DNA of 64,000 nt from a virus (Duplodnaviria; Heunggongvirae; Uroviricota; Caudoviricetes): IMG/VR virus record IMGVR_UViG_2609460332_000008; one strand, given 5' to 3'. Shown in pieces: positions 63,707 through 64,000 of the stretch. A program made the translations under genes and the position numbers. A model generated the notes under the pieces. The model ran no database searches. It saw only the letters and a program-made list of their open reading frames with translations, and was not told the origin of the DNA. The stretch's first letter is position 1, and each line of letters starts with the position of its first letter.

Positions 63707-64000
63707 ATGGATATAAGCCCCTTACTTCATGCACTTTGTGCTGTGGCTGCGCAGATACTGGTTGGTCTTTTTACCGGAAACTGGGCTTACGGAGCGATAG
63801 CCGGTTGTACGTTCTTCATTGCGCGTGAACATACCCAGGCAGAATATCGCTGGATTGAAATGTTCGGGCATGGCAAGCGAATGAATATGCCGTGGTGGGG
63901 CGGTTTTGATCCGCGAGCTTGGGATGTGGCAAGCCTGATGGATTTTGCTGTGCCGGTGGTGGCGTGTCTGCTGGTCTGGCTGTTGGTTAATCGTGGGTGA
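63707..64000 (+). CDS. Membrane protein, truncated by the window end
   Basis: AGGAGG RBS; hydrophobic helices at both ends of the visible 97 aa; no stop within the window. Confidence 0.45.
   Translation: MDISPLLHALCAVAAQILVGLFTGNWAYGAIAGCTFFIAREHTQAEYRWIEMFGHGKRMNMPWWGGFDPRAWDVASLMDFAVPVVACLLVWLLVNRG

Overview
The window holds two prophages side by side. (1) A complete Mu-like transposable prophage, about 33.6 kb (207..33776), lies in inverted orientation: Mu-type right end at 207, left end at 33776, flanked by a perfect 5-bp target-site duplication CCAGC (202..206 and 33777..33781). It has inserted in-frame into a large host gene for an Ig-like-repeat adhesin. It carries c, ner, A, B, several small early genes, gam, gemA and a single Mor/C-family activator, then a lysis cassette, terminase, portal, head, tail and baseplate genes, a P2-H-like tail fibre with its assembly protein, a second 605-aa receptor-binding protein with a glycosidase-like C-terminal domain, and com-mom. 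No gin or invertible G segment is present. (2) From 36851 to the window end is the right arm of a lambda-like prophage: DLP12-type nin region (ninB, ninE, ybcO-like, rusA, ylcG), a Q-like antiterminator, holin, R, Rz/Rz1, bor, a moron region, cos, and lambda-type morphogenesis genes nu1 through J followed by stf. Gene L is split by a frameshift, and no integrase, immunity or replication genes lie upstream of ninB, so it looks defective. Between the two prophages sit the 3' part of the adhesin gene and a lipoprotein esterase. The most interesting signals are a duplicated dyad element upstream of both Mu-like late operons, AT-rich accessory genes in the Mu-like early region including an opposite-strand ORF, a TonB-C-like lipoprotein and a Cys-rich secreted peptide in the bor-cos gap, and divergent receptor-binding modules. 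No CRISPR array, rRNA or tRNA was seen. All homology calls are from reading the translations and from memory of the Mu and lambda families; none is database-verified.
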